Below, in pieces: positions 18,529-26,765 of a stretch of 64,000 nucleotides of DNA. The DNA comes from Patescibacteria group bacterium. GTDB lineage: Bacteria; Patescibacteriota; Patescibacteriia; Magasanikbacterales; GWA2-37-8. Location of the stretch: the NCBI GenBank assembly GCA_028705565.1, contig JAQWDH010000001.1:20363-84362 (forward strand). Reading direction: 5' to 3'. Within the stretch, counting starts at the first letter, position 1. Every line of letters starts with the position of its first letter. The notes below the pieces were generated by a model. The model searched no databases and was not told the origin of the DNA. It saw nothing but the letters and a program-made list of their open reading frames with translations. A program made the position numbers and the translations under genes.

Positions 18529-18560
18529 TTGATTTTATTTTGCGCATAGTTTATACTATG
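18529..18560 (+). promoter_or_regulatory. Candidate nrdDG promoter (TTGATT-17-TATACT) overlapped by a 16-bp palindrome CATAGTTTATACTATG (possible repressor operator)
   Basis: Sequence-only; the palindrome spans the -10 element. Confidence 0.3.
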
Positions 18561-18641
18561 TTATACTAAGGTTGCGGCGGATGAATTATAAATTACAAAT
18601 TATAAATACGATAAAAACTACAAATTTAAAAATTTAAATTT

Positions 18642-20753
18642 ATGATGGTCAAAAAAGAAAAAAAACACATCAAAACCGTGGAAAAAAGAAACGGTGGTTT
18701 GGATAAATTCAATCCGAAAAAAATTTATGACGCGATTTTTAAAGTGCTCACGGCAACTGACGCCGGCGACAGCAAGCTTTCGCGCAAACTTACGCGCGAA
18801 GTCGTGTCTTTGTTAAACCGTCGTTTTAAAAAGAAAGAATCACCGAAGATTGAAGACATACAAGATACTGTGGAAGAAGTTTTGATGCTGAATGATTTGT
18901 TGGATTCCGCGAAGGCGTATATTATTTATCGCGAACAGCATCGCAATATGCGCGAAGCCAAAGTCGCGACAGACGAAGCCATTGATTTGGTCGGGCAGTA
19001 TATCGGCGAGTTGAGTTGGGATGTGAAAGAGAACAGCAACATGACATATTCTTTGCAGGGTTTGAATCATTACGTTTCTTCTTATGTGGTAAAAAAATAT
19101 TGGCTGAATAAAATTTATCCTCCGGAGATTCGCAAGGCCGGACAGGACGGAGATTTTCATTTGCATAATTTGGATATTCTCGGCACATATTGTTGCGGAT
19201 GGGATTTATATGATTTGCTCGCGCGCGGTTTCGGAGGCGTGTCAGGAAAACTTCAATCCAAACCGGCGAGCCATTTGCGTCCGGCTCTTGGACAAGTTGT
19301 AAATTTTTTCTATACCTTGCAAGGAGAATCGGCAGGGGCGCAGGCGCTTTCAAATTTTGATACTTTGCTCGCTCCTTTTATCCGTTATGACAACTTATCT
19401 TACAAAGAAGTAAAACAGGCGTTGCAGGAATTTCTTTTCAATTGCAATGTGCCGACCAGAGTCGGTTTTCAAACGCCGTTCACCAACATTACTTTGGATT
19501 TGAACGTGCCGGGGCATTTGAAAAATTTGCCGGTGCTTAAAAGCGGAAAACCGCAGAAAGAAACATACGGAGAATTTCAAAAAGAAATGGATATTTTGAA
19601 TAAGGCGTTGGCCGAAGTTTATTTGGAAGGAGACGCGGCCGGTCGCGTATTCACTTTTCCGATTCCGACAATAAATATCGGCAAGGATTTTGAATGGGAT
19701 AATCCTAATTATAACGGTATTTGGGAAATGACTGCTAAATACGGCATTCCATATTTCGCCAATTTTATCCATTCTGAAATGAAGCCGGAAGACGCGCGCA
19801 GTATGTGCTGTCGTTTGCGTCTGGATAATCGCGAACTTTATAAACGCGGCGGAGGACTTTTTGGCGCGGCTCCGCTTACGGGCAGTATCGGAGTTGTTAC
19901 GGTTAACTTGCCTCGCATAGGTTATTTGTCAAAAACAAAAAGGGATTTTTTCAACCGTTTGACAAAAATTATGGATTTGGCGAAAGAGTCGCTGGAAATT
20001 AAAAGAAAAATTTTGGAGAATTTTGTTGAAAAAGGACTTTATCCTTATTCCAATTATTATCTCGCCAACGCCAAAAAACAAAGAGGAGTATTTTGGGGCA
20101 ATCATTTTTCCACAATCGGACTTATCGGAATGAATGAGGCGCTTTTGAATTTTTTGGGGAAAGACATCTCCACGAAAGAGGGGGTGATGTTCGCTTCGGA
20201 GGTTTTGGATTTTATGCGCGACCGATTGGTAAAATATCAAAAAGAAACAGGCAGTCTTTATAATTTGGAAGCGACTCCCGCTGAAGGCACTTCGTATCGT
20301 TTGGCTTTGAAAGATAAACAAAAGTATAAAGATATAATCACGTCCGGCGAAGCAGAACCGTTTTACACAAATTCAACGCAATTGCCGGTTGATTTTACAG
20401 AAGATTTGTTCGCGGCTTTAAAATTACAGGATGATTTGCAAGTAAAATATACCGGCGGAACCGTGTTTCACGCTTTCATCGGAGAAAAATTGGTTGACAC
20501 GAATTCCGTAAAAAGTTTAGTGAGGAAAGTTTTTGAAAAATTCCGTTTGCCTTATTTTACTTTAACTCCGACTTTCAGCGTTTGTCCCGTGCACGGATAT
20601 ATCGCAGGCGAACATCATAATTGTCCGTTGTGTCCGAACGCCCAGCCGTGTGAAGTGTATTCACGCATCGTCGGTTATATTCGTCCCGTAAGCCAGTGGC
20701 ATAGGGGCAAGCAGGAAGAATTTAAGATGAGAAAAACATTCGCGCCGTGTTGA
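18642..20753 (+). CDS. nrdD: Anaerobic ribonucleoside-triphosphate reductase (class III RNR)
   Basis: N-terminal ATP-cone, C-terminal Cys4 zinc ribbon and glycyl-radical motif RIVGY; followed by the activase. Confidence 0.9.
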   Translation: MMVKKEKKHIKTVEKRNGGLDKFNPKKIYDAIFKVLTATDAGDSKLSRKLTREVVSLLNRRFKKKESPKIEDIQDTVEEVLMLNDLLDSAKAYIIYREQHRNMREAKVATDEAIDLVGQYIGELSWDVKENSNMTYSLQGLNHYVSSYVVKKYWLNKIYPPEIRKAGQDGDFHLHNLDILGTYCCGWDLYDLLARGFGGVSGKLQSKPASHLRPALGQVVNFFYTLQGESAGAQALSNFDTLLAPFIRYDNLSYKEVKQALQEFLFNCNVPTRVGFQTPFTNITLDLNVPGHLKNLPVLKSGKPQKETYGEFQKEMDILNKALAEVYLEGDAAGRVFTFPIPTINIGKDFEWDNPNYNGIWEMTAKYGIPYFANFIHSEMKPEDARSMCCRLRLDNRELYKRGGGLFGAAPLTGSIGVVTVNLPRIGYLSKTKRDFFNRLTKIMDLAKESLEIKRKILENFVEKGLYPYSNYYLANAKKQRGVFWGNHFSTIGLIGMNEALLNFLGKDISTKEGVMFASEVLDFMRDRLVKYQKETGSLYNLEATPAEGTSYRLALKDKQKYKDIITSGEAEPFYTNSTQLPVDFTEDLFAALKLQDDLQVKYTGGTVFHAFIGEKLVDTNSVKSLVRKVFEKFRLPYFTLTPTFSVCPVHGYIAGEHHNCPLCPNAQPCEVYSRIVGYIRPVSQWHRGKQEEFKMRKTFAPC

Positions 20754-20785
20754 AAGGGGCGGGCAGGATTAGTATGGATCTCTGT

Positions 20786-20851
20786 TGTCATTCCCGCGAA
20801 AGTGGGAATCCATTTGCGATTGTTTGGATCCCCGTTTTCACGGGGATGACA
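20786..20851. repeat. MITE-like element TGTCATTCCCGCGAAAGTGGGAATCC ... GGATCCCCGTTTTCACGGGGATGACA
   Basis: Inverted arms read directly. Confidence 0.65.
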
Positions 20852-20914
20852 ATTGCGATCGTCCGAATCCCGACATGGTCGGAATGGCGACACATTACTT
20901 ATTAATTTCGTTTT

Positions 20915-21616
20915 ATGCTTATCGGCGGGTTGGAAAAATTAACCCTGATTGACTATCCCGGGAAAGTCGCGGCTACGGTTTTTACTTCAGGCTGTAATTT
21001 TCGCTGTCCGTTTTGCCACAATCCGCGTTTAACGACAATTTCGGAATTTGAATCGCCGGCTTTTTCCGAAAAAGAAGTTTTGGATTATTTGAACACGAAC
21101 AAAGATTATTTGGAGGGCGTGTGCGTTACGGGAGGGGAGCCGTCTTTGCAGGCGGATTTAAAAAAATTTTTGGCTGAAATAAAATCGCTCGGGCTTTTGG
21201 TAAAATTGGACACGAATGGAAGCAATCCGGAAGTTTTGGAAAATTTATTGGCGGAAAGATTGGTGGATTATATCGCCATGGATGTGAAGTCGCCTTTGGA
21301 AGAAGAAGCGTATAATTATTTTTTACCCGGTTTGAATTTTGAAAATATCGCGCGTTCGGTGGATATTATTAAAAATTCAGGCGTGGATTATGAATTTCGC
21401 ACCACGGTTTTTCCGTTGTTGGCGGAAGAAGACATCTTGGAAATCGCCGAATCGCTCGCCGGTTCGCGCGCTTATTATCTCCAACGTTTTTCCGATGAAA
21501 ATGAATTGATGGACGAAGGGTTGAGAGGTAAAAAATATTTGCAAAGGGAAGATTTGGAAAATATCTGTGAAAAAATAAAAGACAAGTTTGATTATTGCGG
21601 AGTGAGAAACGGATAA
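20915..21616 (+). CDS. nrdG: Anaerobic ribonucleotide reductase-activating protein (radical SAM)
   Basis: CNFRCPFCHN radical-SAM cluster motif; gene order after nrdD. Confidence 0.85.
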   Translation: MLIGGLEKLTLIDYPGKVAATVFTSGCNFRCPFCHNPRLTTISEFESPAFSEKEVLDYLNTNKDYLEGVCVTGGEPSLQADLKKFLAEIKSLGLLVKLDTNGSNPEVLENLLAERLVDYIAMDVKSPLEEEAYNYFLPGLNFENIARSVDIIKNSGVDYEFRTTVFPLLAEEDILEIAESLAGSRAYYLQRFSDENELMDEGLRGKKYLQREDLENICEKIKDKFDYCGVRNG

Positions 21617-21687
21617 AACAAAAAAAACGAGTAAAAAAAGAACCCACCCTCGGCGATTATGTTTAAATCGTCAAGAGTGGGTGTATT

Positions 21688-21727
21688 GGGTCAAACAATT
21701 CTTTTGGATGGCCTTGTTTGACACGAC
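21688..21727. repeat. Hairpin repeat copy 1 (GGGTCAAACAATTC...GGCCTTGTTTGACAC)
   Basis: 9-bp stem GTCAAACAA/TTGTTTGAC; three copies within 640 bp. Confidence 0.7.
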
Positions 21728-21736
21728 TATTTTTTT

Positions 21737-21880
21737 TTATTTTTTCTCTTCTTCTTCTTCTTCTACATCCTCTTCGTCTTCTTCTACTACTACTACTACT
21801 TTTCTTTCTTCTTCAATTTTCTCCAGCTCTCTTTCGAGAGCTTTTTCCCATTCTTTAAAATCATAATATTCTTCACTCAT
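21737..21880 (-). CDS. Possible small acidic protein (MSEEYYDFKEWEK...EEEEEEKK)
   Basis: ORF with a purine-rich stretch upstream (aaaggaaaaaaaagag); low complexity, may be spurious. Confidence 0.2.
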   Translation of the reverse strand: MSEEYYDFKEWEKALERELEKIEEERKVVVVVEEDEEDVEEEEEEKK

Positions 21881-21894
21881 CTCTTTTTTTTCCT

Positions 21895-21960
21895 TTCCGC
21901 TTTTAAAGCGGATTTGTTGTTGGGTCAAACAATTCCTTGGGATGGCCTTGTTTGACGCGG
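21895..21960. repeat. Hairpin repeat copy 2, preceded by a CCGCTTTTAAAGCGG hairpin
   Basis: About 65-bp unit shared with copy 3. Confidence 0.7.
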
Positions 21961-22249
21961 TTAAGAACAATGGATGGTTATTATATTAAAGAAAGAGATC
22001 TTTTGATTTTATGCATCCTTTGTTCTATAATATGACGTATTATCTTCTCTGTTATTTTTATATTGTCCATATCAGGAAACGGGGGTGTATGCCCCGCTAT
22101 AATAGACATACAATATAGGTCTATTATAGTATATATAAAATTTTTTTCGTCCTCCTTTTCTTGTGAAAAAAAATTTTTATATTCATTACACTTTTGTTTC
22201 CCCTCCTCCCTGTTTTTTTTGTTATGGTTTTTTCTCATCCTTCCTCTCT

Positions 22250-22320
22250 CTTCCGCTTTTAAATAAAGCGGATTGGTTGTGGGTCAAACAATTCCAGTAT
22301 GGCCTTGTTTGACGCGACAA
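22250..22320. repeat. Hairpin repeat copy 3, preceded by a CCGCTTTTAAATAAAGCGG hairpin
   Basis: Same unit as copy 2. Confidence 0.7.
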
Positions 22321-22593
22321 TAAAATCCCGAATAATATCGGGAGTAACATTTTTAAATTTTCAAAGTTCTTCTGTTTTCGTCCTTTCGGACTCATCAGTC
22401 CAGATACACATCTGGAGAACAGGGGGAAGTTTTTTTAGAGAACTTCCGAAACTCTTTTATTTTTTTGAGGCTCTGCTTCCTCGGGGCTCTCCATTTGCTT
22501 AAGGCGCAAACGGGGACAAAAACCTTTTACCCATATTTTGACGCTGGTGGATTTTCCAGCAACTCACTTATGTGAGGATTGTGCGACTACCGG

Positions 22594-22896
22594 CTAGTCG
22601 ATCAGGTCCCCGACAGTGTACTTGTCACCGTGGGCGATCGCCACGACATACTTTGATAGCTTCGGGTCAAAGCATGCCACCGCCTGGTAGCGGTGTGCCA
22701 GCTTGTGTGCCAGCACCATCGCTACCGGCAGTGAAGCCGGACCATTAATCCGGATCACTTCGCCGCCGAGTTCTCCAAGCTTGGCCATTTCGTCTAGACG
22801 CGCTTCGGCGTCCTTGACGATCTGGTCGTTCTGGGCCGGCGAACCGAACCCGATTTTCAGCGTGCCCTCGGTGAGGACGATGTTGTATGTACTCAT
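22594..22896 (-). CDS. Hypothetical 100-aa protein in a GC-rich islet; tentatively Csx3/Crn3-like (unverified)
   Basis: GC ~55% against a ~45% background. Good RBS (AAGGAGAA). Central motif VIRINGPASLPVAMVLAHKLAH; family assignment is from memory only. Confidence 0.55.
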   Translation of the reverse strand: MSTYNIVLTEGTLKIGFGSPAQNDQIVKDAEARLDEMAKLGELGGEVIRINGPASLPVAMVLAHKLAHRYQAVACFDPKLSKYVVAIAHGDKYTVGDLID

Positions 22897-22975
22897 TGCA
22901 ATTCTCCTTTGCCGTTTTTTTCACCATTAAACGGCATTTTTTATTTTTTTTCACCAGTAGTGGTCTGATAAAATA

Positions 22976-23560
22976 TTATGTTTTTTTGGTAAGCTCGACG
23001 AGAAAACTCGCGAGCACTTTTATTAGCGGTCTTTCGGCAATCTTTTCACCTCTTTCGAGGTGATGAACTGATCCCCGAAGGATTCCGTCTTGGGCAACGC
23101 CCTCAACTTTATCCTCCGTCCCGTGATAATCCGAATGAATCTCGGCAATCACGGTCAGACCACCGACTTTCTTGGCGAATTCGCGCCACTCCGGCATCTT
23201 GCTGGTGTCGCCAGCGAGGATAACCATGTGAGTGGCCCCCGAGCAGATTTTTTCATTTTCAACAGAGGTTATACCTCCAATATCAACGAGCGTCAGCTCG
23301 AGCGAGCACTTCTCGACCGAAGTCTTGATGCGCTCTACAAATTCCGGCGTGAATTTAGCTTTATAGACCGCCTTACACGCCGCCGCGAGTTCCGGATTTT
23401 GGTTCACAGTTTCCTGGAACCAGGCCCCTTCGCCGTCCGGACAAGCCGTGATGACATAGGGGTAGGGGGCTCCGGGGATTGCGCGGATGGCCTGTTTCAG
23501 CCCCTCGCGCATGCAACTCTTACCGGACCTTGGCGGACCGGCGAGAACAACTTTTATCAT
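22976..23560 (-). CDS. P-loop NTPase (194 aa) in a GC-rich islet
   Basis: Walker A LAGPPRSGKS at the N-terminus, Walker B-like hhhhD (HMVILAGD); GC ~52%; operonic with the 100-aa gene. Confidence 0.6.
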   Translation of the reverse strand: MIKVVLAGPPRSGKSCMREGLKQAIRAIPGAPYPYVITACPDGEGAWFQETVNQNPELAAACKAVYKAKFTPEFVERIKTSVEKCSLELTLVDIGGITSVENEKICSGATHMVILAGDTSKMPEWREFAKKVGGLTVIAEIHSDYHGTEDKVEGVAQDGILRGSVHHLERGEKIAERPLIKVLASFLVELTKKT

Positions 23561-23847
23561 TTTTTCTCTCCTTTCCGTTTCGCCATTGGCCGGCGATCGC
23601 CAGAAATCGTATTTTGCGACCTCTCACGAATTGGTTTGTTAATAACCCTCTCGTGATAGGTCGCAGACTTAAATATAAATTTTTCAAAGAACACTCAATT
23701 ATAGCATATTTTGGCGATTTTGTCAAGGGTTTGGTTTGGCTAAAATTAGCCAAAAAGAAAAAACCCACCAAATGCGATGAGTTGAACATTTAGACTGTTT
23801 TGGGCTTAAATGGTTTAGTACAAGCCCAACCATCCGATTTATTTTTG

Positions 23848-23929
23848 TGCCCGGAGCCGGAATCGAACCGGCACGGATTGCTCCATTGGATTTTAAGTCC
23901 AACGCGTCTACCAGTTCCGCCATCCGGGC
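23848..23929 (-). tRNA. tRNA-Leu (anticodon TAA), long variable arm; CCA not encoded
   Basis: Minus-strand GCCCGGATGGCGGAACTGGTAGACGCGTTGGACTTAAAATCCAATGGAGCAATCCGTGCCGGTTCGATTCCGGCTCCGGGCA; 7-bp acceptor, anticodon loop CTTAAAA. Confidence 0.8.
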
Positions 23930-24033
23930 ATTTTCTTGATAAATTTATATCATAAATAAAAAATGAAATCAAGTTTTTGTATTAAAAAAGGCGGAGAATG
24001 GCGTCCGCCGGATATTTTTCGTAAATTCAGGTT

Positions 24034-24228
24034 TTAGTTTTTTTTAATTTCCTTCCCGCATTTAGTGCAGTATTTTTCGTGCGGAAATATTAAAGAGCCG
24101 CATATACATTTAGGGTCGGGTGTCTCCCCGAGTTTTTTTCCGCACTGATCACAATAACTGTCAGAAAACAAAAATTTTTCATTTTCTTTATTTCTTTTGC
24201 ATTCTGTATTTTCGCATACTTTTGCCAT
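24034..24228 (-). CDS. Small zinc-ribbon protein (multiple CxxC pairs)
   Basis: CENTEC...CDQCGKK...CICGSL...CTKCGKE. Confidence 0.45.
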   Translation of the reverse strand: MAKVCENTECKRNKENEKFLFSDSYCDQCGKKLGETPDPKCICGSLIFPHEKYCTKCGKEIKKN

Positions 24229-24341
24229 TATACTTCTCCTTTTAAAGAACTAAACTTAAAAAAAGTATATATAATTTTTATTTTTTTGTCAATGCGCGTT
24301 GCGCGCGTGTAAGTAGTTGTTTTTTTTGGTATAATAGAATT

Positions 24342-26138
24342 ATGGCAATGAATGGAAAATTTATCAGAGGATTCGCGTTACTGGAGGTGGTAGTCGCCAC
24401 AGCCGTATTTTTATTGTTCGCGCTCGGTGTCTATGGAGGAACCCAGCTTATATTTAAAATCGTTTATCAATCGCGCATGCGAATTTTGGAAACTTCAATT
24501 TTAAGCGAGGAATTGGAAGTGGTTAGAAACTTAAAATTTGACGAAGTCGGCGTTGTCGGCGGAATACCGGACGGAGTTTTAGAGCATGAAAAAACCGTCA
24601 CGCGCAACAATACGATTTTCAATATTACAACCACGGTTCGCAATATTGACGACCCGTTTGACGGCATCATCGGCGGAACTCCGAATGATACCGCGCCGGC
24701 GGATTATAAATTGGCGGAGATGTCCATAATTTGTTCCAACTGCAATCAGCAAGAGCCGGTGATTTTAAGCACGCTTGTGTCCCCGAAAAATTTTGAAGGT
24801 GAAAGCGACAACGGCGCTCTCTTCGTTCATGTTTTTGATATGAACGGGTTGCCTGTAGTCGGAGCGAACATTCATATAGAAAACACGAACGCTGAGCCGG
24901 ATATTATTATCAATGAAGTGACGGACAATGACGGAATGTTGCGCGTGATAGATACGCCCACCGGCACTTTCAGCTATAATATCACCGTGAGCAAATCCGG
25001 ATATTCAAGCGATTACACAATTTCTCCGACATCGCAAAATCCGTATCCGACCAAATTGCCTTCCACCGTGGCAAGCCAATACATTACTGAAATTAATTTT
25101 TCCATTGATCATACGGGCAATATGCTTGTAAAAACTTTAAGCCCGTCGTGTTCAGCTTTGGCGAGCAAAACTTTCAGCATCTACGGCAATAAAATAATAG
25201 GCGTTGACCCGACAATTTATAAATTTGACGGTTCGCATATTACAGACGGTTCTGGCGAGAAAAATTTTGTCAACATGGAATGGGACCATTATTATTTAAG
25301 CGCGTCCGGCACGGCTTACGACCTCGCCGGTTCAATACCTATGTCGCCGGTACATTTAACTCCCGGTTTAAGCCAAGATGTTTCTTTAATTTTGCGCGCT
25401 CACACAGACAACTCGCTTTTGGTAAAAGTAAAGGATGCCGGAACCGGTCTGCCGCTTTCAGATGTTTTCGCGCGTTTAACAGGAACCGGATATGACGAAA
25501 GTTTATCAACGGATTTGGGTTATACTCGCCAGACAGATTGGTCAGGTGGAGGAGGGCAAAGCGATTTTATAAATGAAAATCAATATTTCATAGACAATGG
25601 AAATTTGGAAACCGATTCTCCGGATGGAGATTTAAAATTAAAAAAAGTAAGCTCGCGGTATTTAACGAGCGGCTGGCTTGAGTCGTCAACTTTTGATTTG
25701 GGAGCCGGCGTTAATTTTCGCAATATAATTTGGGAGCCGCTTGCTCAGCCGGAAGACACGGGAGTCAATTCCATTCTTTTTCAAATCGCGACTGACAACT
25801 CTCCGAATCCGGCATCGTGGGAATTTATCGGTCCGGATGGCGCTTCCACCACTTTCTACACCACGACTTCCACTTTAATTTATAACGGTCATAACGGCAG
25901 AAGGTATATGCGTTACCGAGTTTATTTAAGCACGGAAGACGACAGATACACGCCGATGTTGTCAGAAGCCGCGTTCACTTTTACGAACAATTGCACTCCT
26001 CCGGGTCAAGTTTTTTTCTACGGTTTTTCATCAGGAAATTATAATTTGGAAGTAAGCCGTTCTGGTTACAGTTCAAGCAGCGGACCGTTGGATATTTCCG
26101 GAAATATGGATGTGGTCGTTAATTTATCGCCGAGCTAG
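24342..26138 (+). CDS. Large prepilin-type protein (type IV pilin-like N-terminus)
   Basis: N-terminal class III signal KFIRGFALLEVVVATAVFLL (G/FxLxE cleavage/methylation motif); long beta-rich C-terminal domain. Confidence 0.6.
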   Translation: MAMNGKFIRGFALLEVVVATAVFLLFALGVYGGTQLIFKIVYQSRMRILETSILSEELEVVRNLKFDEVGVVGGIPDGVLEHEKTVTRNNTIFNITTTVRNIDDPFDGIIGGTPNDTAPADYKLAEMSIICSNCNQQEPVILSTLVSPKNFEGESDNGALFVHVFDMNGLPVVGANIHIENTNAEPDIIINEVTDNDGMLRVIDTPTGTFSYNITVSKSGYSSDYTISPTSQNPYPTKLPSTVASQYITEINFSIDHTGNMLVKTLSPSCSALASKTFSIYGNKIIGVDPTIYKFDGSHITDGSGEKNFVNMEWDHYYLSASGTAYDLAGSIPMSPVHLTPGLSQDVSLILRAHTDNSLLVKVKDAGTGLPLSDVFARLTGTGYDESLSTDLGYTRQTDWSGGGGQSDFINENQYFIDNGNLETDSPDGDLKLKKVSSRYLTSGWLESSTFDLGAGVNFRNIIWEPLAQPEDTGVNSILFQIATDNSPNPASWEFIGPDGASTTFYTTTSTLIYNGHNGRRYMRYRVYLSTEDDRYTPMLSEAAFTFTNNCTPPGQVFFYGFSSGNYNLEVSRSGYSSSSGPLDISGNMDVVVNLSPS

Positions 26139-26150
26139 TAGAATAGTATT

Positions 26151-26759
26151 ATGAATTTTGAATTTAATAAAAAAGGTTTTACGATTTTGGAGGCCATCGT
26201 GGCTGTCGCTATTTTCGCTTTGTTGGCGATAGCGATAATATCTCTTTATCTTTTCAGCGATTATTCAAAAAATGTCGTTTGGGAACAATTATCAACTCAA
26301 AATGAAGGCAGAAAAACCGCGCAGGATTTTGGGAACGAATTGCGCACCGCAAAAATTTCCGGCGTTGGAGCGTATCCTTTGGAATCGGCCGCGAGCCAGC
26401 AAATAATTTTTTATTCCGATATTGACGCTGACGGTTTGGCTGAGAGAGTCAGATATTTTAAAGATGCAACAAATTTTAAAAAAGGAGTGATTGAGCCGAG
26501 CGGGTCTCCTATTTCGTACAATCCGGCAAATGAAGCGGTAACAATAATCGCGCATGATGTTGCCAATGGAAGCGACCCTGTTTTTTATTATTATAATGAA
26601 AACTTTAGCGGCTCGGAAGAACCGCTTGCCCAGCCGATCAATGTGACACAAGTGAGAGTGGTAAAAATTTCATTGATTTTGGAAGAAGACCCGAATATGT
26701 CGCCCGTGCCTTTCCGCATTGAAGCGAAAACGATGATTAGAAATTTGAAAGGGAATTAA
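26151..26759 (+). CDS. Prepilin-type N-terminal cleavage/methylation domain protein (minor pilin-like)
   Basis: NKKGFTILEAIVAVAIFALL canonical prepilin motif. Confidence 0.7.
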   Translation: MNFEFNKKGFTILEAIVAVAIFALLAIAIISLYLFSDYSKNVVWEQLSTQNEGRKTAQDFGNELRTAKISGVGAYPLESAASQQIIFYSDIDADGLAERVRYFKDATNFKKGVIEPSGSPISYNPANEAVTIIAHDVANGSDPVFYYYNENFSGSEEPLAQPINVTQVRVVKISLILEEDPNMSPVPFRIEAKTMIRNLKGN

Positions 26760-26765
26760 ATAATT

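Noticed and set aside
21688-22320. Possible CRISPR array (three ~40-bp repeats)
   Set aside because: Only three copies with unequal 190-320-bp spacing. The repeats are hairpins embedded in longer conserved units, and there are no cas genes, so this is not a CRISPR locus.
22440-22600. Direct repeat of the tRNA-Leu(TAA) 3' end marking the far border of the GC-rich islet (an attL/attR pair)
   Set aside because: Visual search found no copy of TTCGATTCCGGCTCCGGGCA or a fragment of it near the GC transition, so the island boundary is set by composition only.
23090-23793. Long plus-strand ORFs (188 and 104 aa) antisense to the P-loop gene
   Set aside because: They are antisense within the GC-rich islet, where long spurious ORFs are expected; no RBS or motifs; the minus-strand gene has a clear Walker A.
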